From positions 144,956,001 through 145,020,000 of the forward strand of contig OZ024742.1 of assembly GCA_964016885.1 (NCBI GenBank): a stretch of 64,000 nt of DNA, given 5' to 3'. This document shows positions 28,525-42,497 of this stretch, in pieces (position 1 is the first letter of the stretch; the number at the start of each line of letters is the position of its first letter). The position numbers were made by a program, and so were the translations under genes. This DNA comes from Eledone cirrhosa (Eukaryota). The notes under the pieces were generated by a model. It did no database searches. It was given only the letters and a program-made list of their open reading frames with translations, and was not told the DNA's origin.

Positions 28525-28602
28525 TTATCTCTCTTTATTATATTGAATTATAAGTATATATATATATATGAAACCGCTTCTCTTTCACCCGTAATACTTA
28601 TT

Positions 28603-28643
<41 letters not shown>

Positions 28644-28689
28644 ATTAATATTTTTAAAGTTATATTTCAAATCAAGTTGTTTCCCCGAG

Positions 28690-28961
28690 TCTCGGTCTCC
28701 GGATCGGCGAGTTACATAAGTGCTGTTGTGGTTCCACGGTGAACGCCATGCCGCTCTCAACGAGATGATTTAGCATCCTTGGACGACATATGCCTGCCTT
28801 TGTAACGCGAGCCGCTGGCGTTGGCCCAAGAAGATGCCAGAAGGCCGAAGATCACAAGCTGATGAAGTTCCGTCACGTTCCGATAAGTTTGTCGTCGAAC
28901 CTGTAGTGGTGGAGACTTCCGGTACTTTTAGTCTCAGGACCACCCCTCTGCTCATTACTAT
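28690..28961 (+). pseudogene. CRE-like non-LTR retrotransposon RLE domain remnant; continues at 34461-34550 after the Gypsy insertion
   Basis: FVVEPVVVETSGTF...LLITI joins NAELT...FKWPFQRIFLVILRG (compare the QR.S.A..RGN motif of CRE elements). Confidence 0.55.
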
Positions 28962-29418
28962 TTCAGAAGATTGGTATTATACATATATTTATTACTGTTT
29001 TAGAAATAACATGAAAGGCTGATTTACTTTGTTTGTAGATAGGTTTTCCTCGTGGAAGTCAAAAGAGAACAATATATAAGTTACCGGAGATATATAGGTT
29101 GTTGATGTTTCAGGTAGCTGGATGGATTGAGACCAAAGTATGTGCTGGAGTTTGTTCTTGGCTCTTAACGTGTTCACTGGAGTAAATAGGTATTTGCCTC
29201 CACACGTGTCGTGGGATAAATCGGCTCCGTTCTCCAGGGCTGCTACATCGCTAATCAGAGTGAAGGGGCGAAAGAGAGAGTATCCTGGCGGTCTCAATAT
29301 ATAGTCCTAATGGGGACGTAACTCTGATTACTTCTTGTAGGTGACACTAGGCGTCACTACCGTCCCAAAGGTACGTAACTCGAATGAGTTCTGGGTTCCA
29401 CCGCTAGGGGTCACTACA
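28962..29418 (-). repeat. 3' LTR (457 bp)
   Basis: Direct repeat of 34003-34460; begins TGTAGTGACC on the minus strand. Confidence 0.95.
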
Positions 29419-29569
29419 ATACCCTCCTCCAGACGATAGGCGAGAAGCCCGAAGGTAATTGCAGCGAACCCCCAAGGGTGGGTTCCAAGCAAAGGCATAA
29501 AACAGTAACAAAAAAAATCAAAAAGTACATGCATACATAATACAATGAAAAAGAAAACAAAAGGCTCCA

Positions 29570-32500
29570 GTGGCCAGTTCATATAAAAAATGTCTGACAG
29601 TTTTTGGGGCCAGTGGACTCTTCGACCGGAACGGGTCGTGGTCTTGTATGTAGGTGAAGGTGGGGTAGAAGGAGCAGGTGTATGCACAATAGAGAAAGAT
29701 TGGGGAATTGGTGGCTCCGGTGTATGAGCTTCAGTGTAGGCCCTTTTTACTCTATCCACAGAAATTGTCTCTCTGGATCCCTTGATGTCTACTGTGAAAT
29801 GTTTGTCAGTGCGTGGTAACACACGGTAGGGTCCACAGTACGGCTGTGTGAGGGGTGGAGTAACGACGTCGTTTCTGACGAAGACATGTGTCCACGAGGC
29901 AATATCCCTCGGGACTGCAGTTTTAATAGTTTGTTTCCTAGTATTCATAGGCGGTAAGTCCTGAAAATAGGAGCGTAAACGAGATACATAGGAAAACAGG
30001 GGCAAGCATTTGCCCAGGAAACGCTAGAGGAGCACCATACAGTAATTCGGCCGGGGAGAACCCTAGGTCCTGCTTTATTGATGACCGAATTCCTAATAAC
30101 ACAATAGGAAGGTACTCGCTCCAGCGTAGAGAGTCTGAGTATGCACGAAGAGCGGCTTTTAATTGGCGGTGAAAACGTTCCACCATTCCGTTCGAAGCTG
30201 TGGTCGGGATTCGTTGAACACCAATAACTTTTGTCAGCTCTGAGAAGAGATGAGATTCAAATTGTCTACCACGATATGTGGTAATTGTGGTAGGCACGCC
30301 ATAGCGGGCAATCCACCCTGATACCAGGGCACGCACTATAGTCTCAGCGGTAATGTCCCTCAAGGGGATGGCTTCAGGCCATCGCGAAAAACGATCAATG
30401 CAGGTCAAAAGGTAAGAATATCCACTACTGAATGGCCAAGGTCCAACGATATCGATGTGGATGTGTTGAAAACGAGCATCTGGGTTACTGAAAGTATCTA
30501 GTGGAGCCCGGATGTATCTGTGGACTTTAGACTTTTGACACTGTATGCAGGAACGGCACCAAGCAATAATTTCTCACCTCATATTTGGCCAGAAAAATCT
30601 AGCCGTTATGAGCTTTACTGTTATGAGCTTTACTGTGGCTGAAGATCCTGGGTGAGAATTGCTGTGCAAAGCAAGGAACACAATTCGATGGAAAGTCTCG
30701 GGAACATAAGGCCGTGGTGAATCCGCCGATACGTCGCAGAGGATCTGCCTGTCGGTGGTCGACAAGGGCAGATATTTCAAGTTGCAAGTCGCAAGCTCGG
30801 CTGATTGAGTATCCAACGATTCGAGTGCAGGTTGGTCGACTTAAATCGATCTCCTGGGATGACGAAATCGAGCTGATTGGCAAGCGTGACAAGGCGTCTG
30901 CAGCTGTGTTTAGTGAGCCAGCAATGTGCTATATATCGTTTGTAAAACTGCGAAATGTAATCAAGGTGCCTTGTCTCTCTGGGTGAATATTTGTCGGCTT
31001 TAGCCCTCAAAGCAAAGGTCAGAGGTTTGAGGTCAGTGAAAACCGTAAAAGTTCTTCCCTCAAGAATATGAGAAAAATGTTTCAACGACAGATATATGGC
31101 TAAGAACTCCCGACCAAATGTGCTGTAACGAGTTTCTGCTGGTTTCAGCTTCCTGGAGAAAAATGCCAAAGGTTGTTGGTTTTCAGCGTTATACTGTTGT
31201 AACACTGCTCCCACAGTGGTGTCAACACAAAGCGAAAGCTTGGCCTCTGGTACTGGGTGGGATAGCAAAGATGAATTAGCAAGTGCTGTCTTGGCAGTCT
31301 GGAAATCTTCGAGTTGTGCTTGTGTCAAGGAAATATTCTCATTCTTCTTACGACGCTTTTTCAAAATCCCGGTAAGGGACGATTTTGCACATTGAGGAAC
31401 GAAACGTCTATAAAAATTGATTAGGCCTAAAATGCCACGCATCTGGTGAAGTGTAGTAGGCGGAGGTAGATCCTGTATAGCCTGAACTCGCTGCGGAAGG
31501 GGCGTATAACCTCTGCGTCGATGAGGTGGCCTAAAAAATTCAGCGAAGCGGATCCGAAAACACACTTTGCGGGATTCACTCGAACGCGGTAATCCTGGAG
31601 TCGGCGAAATAAAAGGTTCAGGTGACGCATATGCTCTTCTGGAGAGGAACTAGCGACGAGAAGATCATCTATATATGCATAAACGAAGTCCAGACCACGA
31701 GTGACTTCGTCTATGAACCGCTGAAAAGTGCTAGCGGCATTCCTGAGTCCGAAAGGGATGGTAACAAATTTGAAAGATCCGAAAGCAATCGTAATAGCTG
31801 TTTTCGGAATATCTTCCTTGTTTACCGGAATTTGGTGGTAAGCTCGCACTAAATCGAGTTTGGAGAAAATCTTACAACCCTGCAATGAAGATGCGAAATC
31901 CTGGAGATGGGGAATCGGATATCTATCCGGGACGGTCATAGCGTTTAACCTCCTATAATCCTCAGTGGGTCTCCAGTCGCCAGAAGTCTTGGGCACCATA
32001 TGTAACGGTGAAGCCCAAGGACTCGTAGATGGGCGAATAATGCCCAGCTGCAGCATATGGCCGAACTCCGACCGTGCTGCCTTTAATTTGTCTGCCGGTA
32101 AGCGGCGTGGACGTGAAAACACTGGAGCATCGGTGGTGGAAATAAAAATGTTCGGTTGAGTGAGTTGGCTCAGTGACTCTAAAGTTTCCATCTGTGAGCT
32201 CCGGGAACGAACCTCATAACGAATGGTAGGCGTCTCCAGCGGCAGCGATGAGGAATATAGGGCTGACTGTTGGAGCATTGTCTTTTCGGCCACGAATTGA
32301 AAAACCGGTGATGTCATCCACCAGACGTTGGCCACGGACGTCCACAGTCAAAGAGAAATTGTGGAGGAAATCCGCTCCTAAGATTGGGTAAGGCAAGTCA
32401 GCGACCGTAAAAATCCATTTAAAATCCCTACGAAGATTCAGGAATTTGAGAGGAAGCGAGATTTGTCCGTATGTCTTTATAGCCGAATGGTTAACGGCCT

Positions 32501-33450
32501 GCAGAGTAACGGATGACTCCACGGGGGTATCTTTTAGGCAATGGACCGGCCAAATACTACAGGGGGCTCCTGTATCCACGAGGAAGCCTATGCCAGGCAT
32601 AAGGTCCTTGATGAAGAAATGGCGATTTGGTGGCTTTATTCTGAGGTTAGCTGCCGCCGTCAGCGAACCTCTGGCGTTTCCCGACTTCAGAAACGAACAA
32701 GGTTGCACACAATGGTTTGCGTTCTCGGCAAAACGCTCGTGATACCAGCATAAAGATGAAGCTGGTGACCTGGGGCGGTGTCTAAAAGAGTAAGATCTAC
32801 CGCGGCTGCGCGAGCGCGAACGAGCACCACTAGAGGCCTTCAGCTTCTGTAGCTCCAGGGTAAGTTCCTGTATAGCCATTATAGCTGCGCTATGAGTATG
32901 AGTAACCGCGCAGGTGGCATGGCCAGGTGTGGCCTGAGCTGGGTGAGAAACAGCGTCAAGGGCCTGGCCTCAAAAACCTTATCCGCCCGTGACCTCAAAA
33001 ACCTTATCCGCCGAAGCGGCAAGCTGGTCGATTGAGCATGTATCCCGAATGGGAGCCAAAATTACCTGGACGTTGGTCGGTAGACGCGAGAAAAACAATT
33101 GCTTCAAAATCGCAGTTTCCGCTACCGAGCCTTCCGTTAGGTCTTTCCTTCTCCGTAAGAGGTTCGATGGAGTGCCATCACCGATATGCTCCAAATTGAC
33201 CAGAGCTCTAAATCGTTTCTCGGCGGACTGTGCAGTCCGGCTGAGTATTTCGGCCTTCAATGACTTGTAAGTTGCGTCAGAAGGTGTAATCGCTGGGATA
33301 AGTGCCGGCGGAATTGCATTAAGGACGAGTGGACGTTGCTGTGCCTTATCCATTTTGTTGGCCTCGAAAAATGCTTCCATTTGAGCGAACCATAACCTTA
33401 CTTCGCCCGCGTAAGTAGGGAGAACAGAATGAGATGCTATTGGTACTATT
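29570..33450 (-). pseudogene. Gypsy gag-pol with multiple frameshifts
   Basis: gag LWFAQMEAFF and CWYHERF..NHCVQPC; PR LVDTGA; RT DYRRLN, YIDD; RH PLAFFSRKL; [26 protein letters not shown]. Confidence 0.92.
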
Positions 33451-34002
33451 TCAGTAAGCGGCCAAAATGTGTCTCCATATAGAAAAATATTTCGGACCCA
33501 GAGAAAAAAAGGAAAGAAATGCACTTGTTTTTCTCAGTCAAACAACCGGACAGGAAAAAGAATGCATCCGAGATAACATGTAAGGGAGCGATTAATCGAG
33601 CAATAGCATTAATAATACATTTGCAGCAAATCTAAAACGAAAACCAATATGGCAGACAGTTTCGCGCAAAAAGAACTTTTATGAAGAAGAAAGCCGCCAC
33701 CTTGACATCTTCAAAAATGATAGCATGGAAAGAAGAAAGAAAATAAATGTATGCAATTGTTCTTTTTGCTAGAAAGCTAGCAGCATTTAATTTTTTTTTT
33801 TTTTTTTTTTGTGTAAATAATTTGAGAGCTTCGTACAACACAGATGAGGAGCTTGATAATTAAATGTTACAGAGAAAGTTGTTGATATTAGTAAATACAG
33901 CCATATCAGAATAAAAATGTATGGTTCTGTATTAAATGTTTTTTGTTTTGTTTTTTATATACATATAATACCACTTCCTATTATTTTTTTCGAGGTCACC
34001 AC

Positions 34003-34460
34003 TTTAGATGATTGGTATTATACATATATTTATTACTGTTTTAGAAATAACATGAAAGGCTGATTTACTTTGTTTGTAGATAGGTTTACCTCGTGGAAGT
34101 CAAAAGAGAACAATATATAAGTTACCGGAGATATATAGGTTGTTGATGTTTCAGGTAGTTGGATGGATTGAGACCAAAGTATGTGCTGGAGTTTGTTCTT
34201 GGCTCTTAACGTGTTCACTGGAGTAATTTGGTATTTGCCTCCACACGTGTCGTGGGAGAAATCGGCTCCGTTCTCCAGGGCTGCTACATCGCTAATCAGA
34301 GTGAAGGAGCGAAAGAGAGAGTATCCTGGTGGTCTCAATATATAGTCCCAATGGGGACGTAACTCCGATTACTTCTTGTAGGTGACACTAGGGGGTCACT
34401 ACCGCCCCAAAGGGACGTAACTCTAATGAATTCTGGGTTCCACCGCTAGGGGTCACTACA
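34003..34460 (-). repeat. 5' LTR (458 bp)
   Basis: Direct repeat of 28962-29418, followed on the minus strand by the PBS. Confidence 0.95.
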
Positions 34461-35613
34461 CTATCAATGCAGAGTTGACGACCCGCAGAAGCGAGCGCCA
34501 CGAGTTCAAATGGCCATTTCAGCGTATCTTCCTTGTTATCCTCCGAGGCGACGCTTTCTCAATTCCGTCCGCTGGGACCTTCAAGGCACCTTGTGGCAAG
34601 GGTTTTTCACGCCAGAAGGCGTTCCCCTACACGGTCTGAGCCCATATCATTAGGGTAGCGATGTTTGAGTACTGTTTCTCATATTTTTATCATACGGCTT
34701 CTCCCTTACAAACACACACAACTTCAAAATAGCAGCCAATACCAAATAGATCATAGCCTGCATTTTGTTGATCCACACGATGCATCAACTCACACAAACA
34801 TAATAGAAATTACTCGATCTTCAACATACTTTCTGGAATTTCACCAGCTAATCTTTACCCTTCACTTTCGCTCTCCCTCGCCTCTTCCCCCCTCTCTATA
34901 TTTACCCTTTTCCCTATTTCTCCCTCCCCTTCTCTATTTACCTATCTCATTTTCTATATTTCCTCCCCACCTCTCTCTCGCTGTTTCTCTTATTTCCTAT
35001 TAGCTAAATATCCTCTTATCACACATCCACTCTCTCACAAATTACTTCTCCCACTCACTCCTTCTTCACCCACGCTTCCCTCGGACACGCACACATACAT
35101 ATACATTTACACACACAGTCATACACTCCCACACATCCATAATTATACACACGCACACACTTTCTTTCTCTCACACACACATACTCCCAAATACACTCAC
35201 ACACATATGCACCCTCACACACACATATGCGTCCACACTCTCTTTCTCTTATATATTTACACACACACACACACACACACACACTCTCTCTTTCATGCAC
35301 ACAAACACACACAGATACACACACGCTTGTACCGTCTCACACACACTCACATGCGGATATCCATGCACTTTCACTGAAACACAAAAAACCCTCCATCCAT
35401 ATCGACTAAACTATGCTATCTCGTTAAGCCTGTCAACAGTGGTTTATATGTGTACTGAACACCCATTTATTACACATAATCTGTAACCAAGTACTTGATG
35501 AACCCCAAAAGCTCTTTTCGTTATTTTTCTTGTGATTTTTGTTGTTGTCAAGCGCTGAACCTATGTTGATACCACTCCTATCTCTGCTGCTATTGTCAAT
35601 GTTGCTTTTGTTG

Positions 35614-35648
<35 letters not shown>

Positions 35649-36464
35649 ATTGTTGTAGTTGTTGTCGTTGTTGCCATGGTGAGTCAAGATTGATTAGGTT
35701 ACTACAGCTTTATTATATGAAGGCTAGAATATTAAACAACTAAATGTTCACACGATTTAACAAACGAAGGATTATGTCTTTTATGCGGTCGTTTGACATG
35801 CCACAAGGTCAAAATGTCCCTCGAATAACACCCTATAAAAAACGAGATAATCACTGTTGGAACGCACTTGATCATAAGTTTGTTCAATAAGGGATAACTT
35901 ATGACTAACAACAACAACAACTAATTATTCACATGAGGGATGCAGCCCTCTATGTAGTCGTTGGACAAGCTAAAAGTAACAGCCAAATCTTAACTACAAG
36001 TCTTGACTACAAAGTGAGAGACACATTAAATAAAATTGTGGATGAATTGACCATGGCTGAAATATTTTTGATCACAGAACTGTCCGGTGCTGAAAAACCC
36101 ATTATTGCAGCATTTCAGTTTGCCTGCTACACTGGGAAGGCGCAAACCCAAACTGTAAAATGACGCAAACAACAACAACAGCATCTAGTCATGAAACAAG
36201 TTCATTTTTTTTTTTAGTTTTTTTTTGTTTTTCTTTTTTAATGTATTACATTTCAATCAGTAAAATTTCCCAAATTCTTCAGCTAAGATATATTATCTAC
36301 TGTTAAATGCATTTGTGAAAAAGCAGGAGAAAGGTGTGTGACACCGAGAGAGGGGAGAGCTGGAGAGAGAGGAGGAAGAGAATGAGAGAGAGAGGAGGAG
36401 AGTGCGAGAAGGAAGGACAGACAGATGGAGCGAGAGTGAAGAAGAGAGAGACAGAGAGAAGGAG

Positions 36465-36531
<67 letters not shown>

Positions 36532-36576
36532 CAGAGAGAGAGAGACAGAGAGAGAGAGGAGTTCGACGCCACTACT

Positions 36577-36705
36577 TGACTGGTACTTTATTATATCCGA
36601 AAAAGGAAAGGCAAAGTTGACCTTGGTGGAATTTGAAATAGGAACACAAAGAGCCGAATATATACCGCAAGGCATTTGTCCGACTCTAACAATTTTGCAA
36701 ATCAG
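36577..36705 (-). mobile_element. Diverged SINE family A-related copy
   Basis: CTGGTACTTTATT...GAAAGGCAAAGTTGACC...GGAATTTGAA. Confidence 0.6.
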
Positions 36706-36918
36706 TCCATTCTTTGTCAGTTTATAGAGTATAAATTTTTCTGTGAAAGCCACAGTAATGGATGTGCAATACTTAACATATTCAAGGTTTTCAAATTTTT
36801 GTCTTCATACAATATATATATATATATATATATGGAGGGGGGTGTATGCATGTGTGTGTGTGTGTGTGTGTAAGAGTGTGCCTGTGTGTGTGTTTGTGTA
36901 TGTGTGCGTGAGTGTGTA

Positions 36919-37030
<112 letters not shown>

Positions 37031-37569
37031 TGTGTATGTGAGTGTGTGTACGTGTGGTATTGACGGACGTGAGTATGAGTACTCAATACCGAAGGAGAGT
37101 TTAAATATTCTTTAAAAACACTCTTTTCGATGATTTTATGAACGCACAGGTGAAACACATCACTTAACCATAATAAAGAATATTCTTTATCGTGCTTAAG
37201 TGGTGAGTCTTGTTACTTTGGAGATTCAGCTGAGTATACACAGGGTCATCAGACAAGACTGAATTTCCAATGGTTGAGACAGTATCAGAGGAGGAAGATT
37301 CGAGGAGGGTGTGTTTCAATGGATATGTGGGGAGGTGTATGCACTGTAATAGAGATGTTAAGAAAGAAAGTAGGATGGCATAAAAAGAAATAAACAAAGT
37401 TAAGAAATAGGGTATGGTGAAGGGGGGGGTGTAGAGGAGAATATGGAGAATATCAGGAGAAGGAGCAAGAAAAGAAGGGAGGGAATATAGGAAGGAAGAC
37501 AGGAAGAAGAGAAAACGGGGGGAAGGGGAAGAAACATTTGATTCCATGGTCAAGCACAATGTGCAACAC

Positions 37570-40149
37570 AATATTGAGACATTTTCGTTTCCTCAATGCC
37601 AACTCAGCTGATGATTGTTACCCTCTACCACACATTCAAGACTTCAATAGTCACCTGGCTGGGTGTACTATTTTCTTAAAAATTGATTTAGACAAAGGAT
37701 ACAACCAAATACCAATAGTAACGAAATCAATCCCTAAAAGAGCAGCCATTACTCCATTTCATTCAAGAAATGGTATGATAATCAACAAAAAGAAATGTGT
37801 TTCCGGAGTAAAACAGCTAAAATTCTTAGGTTATTTCATCACAGATCAAGGCATTCAACGTTATCCTTCGCGTGTTATTTCACTTCGTGAGTTCAAATCC
37901 CGCCGAGGTTGACTTTGCCTTTCATCCTTACGGGGTCGATAAAATAAAGTACCAGTAATGCACTGGGTAATTGCTGGCCTTGTGCCAAAAGTAGAAACAG
38001 TTATTTCACTACGTGAATATCCCACAGCAGCTTATCGCGCTGCCCTACAATGTTTCTTGGGAGTGGTCAATTATTATCATAGAATCCTGCCCGGCGTTGC
38101 AGAAATACGTGTTCCACTACATCAACAAGCTCATGGCAAGGGAGAGAAAATAGAATGGTAATCAGATTGTCAAGAGACGTTTGATACAGTCAAGGATTTA
38201 CAGAGCAAAGCTACACTTTTTCATCATCCTTTTCCAGACTTACTGACTAGTCTTACTGTTGATGCTTTAAACACAGTTATTGCGATACAATTAGAACAAA
38301 ATCAGACTCACAAATAGGTGTTGTTAGATTTTTTATTACCACAGAGAAAAACTATAATACTTCTGACCGTTAACTCATAACAGCACACAATGCCATTAAA
38401 CATTTCAAGCATTTCCTTAAAGGTCGACATTTCACTGTTTTCACTGATCATAAACCATTAACAACAGCTCTGCAAAGCAAAAGTGAGAAATCTCCAAGAC
38501 AAACAAGACATTTGTCATTCATTGCTGAATTCACAAATGACATTCAACATGTTACGGGTAAATTCAACATTGTAGCAGATACACTTTCATGTGTAGGATC
38601 CATGCATTTGGGAGATTGATAAATAAATCAAGAAACTAATGGGAATTTTCTATCTCAACAGCTTTTGCCTTCAATTAATTTTGAACAACTAGCCAAGCAT
38701 CAAATAGAGGAAATGGATTTTTATGTAAATAGCACGAGAATCTAACCAAAGAAAACAACTTATTATATCTCTTTAATGTGTGACTTATCTACTGGCTCTC
38801 CAAGACCTAATGTGTGGAAGTGCAAGATTTATTGCTGTTTTCACAATCTTTCCCATGCTAACGTTCGTCCTATCCAACATGCTATCTGCAAACGTGTTGT
38901 GAGGTCAGGAATGCGGATATATATAAGAAAGTGGTGCAAAGAATTCCACGCTTGTCAATCTTCAAAGTTGCACATATATACTAGAGCACAATTAAGAGAA
39001 CGTCAAGCACCCACAGCAAGATTTCAAAGTCTACATGTGGATTTTGCTGGTCTTTTACCACCCAGTAGTGGAATGACATATATCTTTACAATCATTGATA
39101 GATTTACAAGATGGCCAGAAGCTATTCCCCTTCGAAATGCTCGCGCTGCAATATGTGTCTCAGCACTTCTTTATCATTGGATATCTCACTTTGGTGTTCC
39201 AAAGGATATAACATCAGATAGAGGTCCACAATTTACATCAACACTTTGGTCAGAGCTCCATAAACTCCTTGGCGTATCTAGACATGTCACTACAAGCTAT
39301 CATCCACAGGCAAATGGAAGGATAGAACGGTTCTACCGCCAACTGAAAGCTACAAGTGCCAATAGGAATGATGAGTTTCCAATAGTCCTACTTGGTCTCC
39401 GGGCATCCTGGATATTTGTACCTGATTGCTCGCCAGCTGAGCTAGTTTATGGTTCATCACTTCGCCTTCCCGAAGAAATGATACAGTCATCATCATCTCA
39501 CTCTATTAAACCAATTTCTTCTTTTTTGAAACAGTTGGCAATGTGCTCTTTACAACAAACCTAACCCCAGTTTCATGGCAACACATCATCTTGTGTTCCA
39601 AAGAACCCTGCATCATCAGAGTTTGTGTATGTAAGATATGACGCACACAGGCACCCACTTCAGAGAACATATGATGGATCATTCAAAATTCTTAAATCGA
39701 GTAACAAATAATTTTTGCTAGACATGAACGGAAAGCAAGAAAACGTCTATTAACAGGCTTAAACCTGCCTACATAGAATCTACAACCACAACAAATCCAT
39801 TCCCGAAAGTCCGCTTCAACCAGGGACTCCAACAGTTGTGGTTTCTCCTTCAAAATCACTTCGCCAAAAATCATCCACATCTCCACACGACAATACACAC
39901 AACTCCTCAATATTATTTCGTACAACACACTCGGGACGTGTTATCAAACTTCCTTTACGCTATGCAAATACTCTGCTGGGAGGGGAGTAATGTAGCAACC
40001 TCATTTCGTTTCGTCAAAACATTTTTAGTTCTAACGTTTTAATTCTAAGTTGGATAACTCTTACTACTTCCTTTTGTTGTCGTTCCTACACCCGAAATGG
40101 AAGCAAAGACAAGTCATGAAGAAATGCTCTGACAAACCATCAAACTACA
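37570..40149 (+). pseudogene. Heavily decayed Ty3/Gypsy pol (RT-RH-INT) with PPT and short 3' LTR (39991-40149)
   Basis: YPLPHIQD, KIDL.KGY.QI, FLG.VNYY, TDHKPL, IIDRFTRWPEA, SDRGPQF, YHPQANG.IER; GGGAGGGGAG PPT then TGTAG...CTACA. Confidence 0.88.
37889..37999 (+). mobile_element. 5'-truncated SINE family A inserted in the Gypsy pol
   Basis: TSD GTTATTTCACT(T/A)CGTGA. Confidence 0.85.
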
Positions 40150-40191
40150 ACAGATATTGTATTATATTCCATTATCATTATTTTCGGTGGA

Positions 40192-40503
40192 TTGAGTTCA
40201 AATCCCGCCGAGGTTAACTTTGCCTTTCATCCTTACGGGGTCGATAAAATAAAGTACCAGTAATGCACTGGGTAATTGCTGGCCTTGTGCCTAAAGTAGA
40301 AACAATTATTTTCGGTGGATTGGCAATATCGGTAGAGAGTCGGACACCATGCTTTGCAGCATAGAGTTACGGCCCTTTATGATCTGAGTTCAAATCCCGC
40401 CGAGTTTAACTTTTCCGGTCATCCTTACGGGGTCGATAAAATAAAGTACCAGAATGTACTGGGTAATTGCTGGCCTTGTGCCAAACCAAAAGTAGAAACA
40501 ATT
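40192..40503 (+). mobile_element. Two tandem SINE family A copies (partial 40192-40308, full 40314-40503)
   Basis: Family A sequence; repeated ATTATTTTCGGTGGATTG. Confidence 0.85.
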
Positions 40504-40553
40504 ATGTTATATATATCCTTACAAATTTACTTATATATATCCTTACAAATTTA

Positions 40554-40629
<76 letters not shown>

Positions 40630-40664
40630 TAAATTTGTAAGAATATATATATCTCAATGAAAAG

Positions 40665-41206
40665 AGATCGCTAAAATAATCTCATTCAGAGAAGCAAATA
40701 CATATAGAACATCTTATACAGAATCACTGAGGGTAGATTAATGAAGAAGCATCTTTCCCTAGAGATAAAATATTATCCTTACTGCAGTTTCAAAATCGAA
40801 AGAATAGCAAATAGCTCTTCAATACATTGATATGGCCATCGTTAACAGAATGGTTTCTCTTCAGATGATTTATTCTGTACGGTAAAAGAAAATTATATAT
40901 ATATACCCGTTAATAGAATTGTGTTCATTCTTCAATGAACCCGCGTGGTGTAAGAAGTTAATCCTGCACGTATCAATAAGGTAAATATTTGTATAAACGG
41001 TCAAAAGTGACGAGTTCAAACTGCCACTAGAAATAGCTGTCAATATAGACCGTCTATCAGCTCACCATGTAGGATTTTGAAACTGCGGTAAGGATAATTG
41101 TTTATCCCTAGGGAAAGATGCTTCTACAGTAATCTATTCCTCAATGATTTTGTATAAGATGTTCTTTATGTGTTTACTTCTCTGAATGAGACTATTTTAG
41201 CGATCT
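40665..41206 (-). mobile_element. (TA)n-associated element with ~133-bp inverted repeats and a long-stem-II hammerhead motif (40775-40869, minus)
   Basis: Arms 40665-40797 / 41073-41206; ATCAT-CTGAAGA-GAAA..[~65 nt]..TTTT-GAAA-CTGCAG-TA-AGGAT. Confidence 0.55.
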
Positions 41207-41385
41207 TGAAGAGATGGGGTTCTATTCCACATAGCGGTCGTTGGCAAATTCTTTTTCCGTCTTTTAAGGGTCTCCACACCATTTTATAAGCTATCTTTAA
41301 AGCATTTCTGCGCTTGAGCACTTTCTTTATATTTATATATTCATATATTCTCAGCGCTTCAAAAGCCGAAAATTCGGCTTCATAC

Positions 41386-41473
<88 letters not shown>

Positions 41474-42442
41474 ATATCATAAATCATGTCCTTGGAATTA
41501 TTAGATAAAATATATACCATTTCCTCTCCCAATTACCATAATTAACCATATAAAAAATCAATTAGACCAGGCTATAAGAATAAAGGCTCCTATGAAGAAA
41601 TTTTCGACAAATAACCGAAATTAATTATGCTAATTGGGAGAGGAAATGGTATATATTTTATCTAATAATTCTAAGGACATGATTTATGATATATTGCACT
41701 GATTATTTAATTTATTAATTCTTCATAGAGCCACAACGTGACCGGTTGCCACATATATATCTATGACTTTATGTATATGTAAATCTTTATATTTAATAAT
41801 CTCCCGTTAGGTTGAGATACAATTGGGCGATATTGGGCTGCGCTTTCTAGCAACAAGCCTACTCGCCGTAAGCAACTAATCACATTCTTTCTAACTTGAC
41901 CACTGTCACGTCACGATTCTTAGCCATTTTTGAATCTATTTTTGGCGCGATCACTTTGGAAAATGAAATGTCTAATCTTGAGTTTTTCTCCTGATGAGTC
42001 TGTTACTCTGGATGTACCCTGATAATAGGATGTCTAAAAATACGGACGAAACCATGGTAGAGATATAATTACGGTATGTACACATTTTTTCTAAGTTTAA
42101 ATTTACACCTAATTGGGTATGGTTGACGGTATATTTAGTCAGTTTCTACATGCTGCTGAAATGTTGGATAAATACTCTATTGGGGCCACCGCGAAGAGGC
42201 CGCTTTCGGTTATTTGTCGAAAATTTCTTCATATGAGCCTTTATTCTTATAGCCTGGTCTAATTGATTTTTTATATGGTTAATTATGCTAATTGGGAGAG
42301 GAAATGGTATATATTTTATCTAATAATTCTTAGGACATGATTTATGATATATTGCTCTGATTATTTAATTTATTAATTCTTCATTGAGCCAAAACGTGAC
42401 CGGTTGCCACATATATATCTATGACTTTATGTATATGTAAAT

Positions 42443-42450
<8 letters not shown>
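41474..42450 (+). mobile_element. Retrozyme/pLTR-like non-coding element: inverted 5' segment plus partial tandem (period 658) in (TA)n
   Basis: 41621-41790 repeats at 42279-42450; 41474-41620 is the reverse complement of ~42204-42350; internal hammerhead. Confidence 0.75.
41987..42063 (+). ncRNA. Type I hammerhead ribozyme with extended stem II and palindromic stem III
   Basis: TCTC-CTGATGA-GTCTGT-[38 nt]-ACGGAC-GAAA-CCATGG-TA-GAGA; core intact, triplet GUA. Confidence 0.8.

Positions 42451-42497
<47 letters not shown>

Larger units (their letters stand above)
28962..34460 (-). mobile_element. Full-length degenerate Ty3/Gypsy LTR retrotransposon, CsRn1/Kabuki-like
   Basis: LTRs 34003-34460 and 28962-29418, 4-bp TSD CTAT, PBS TGGTGACCTCG (tRNA-Trp type), PPT near 29420-29432, CHCC gag knuckle, order gag-PR-RT-RH-INT. 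Confidence 0.95.

Noticed and set aside
35933-36163. 76-aa ORF with ATG in non-repetitive sequence
   Set aside because: No recognisable motif or supporting exons; it cannot be supported without a homology search.
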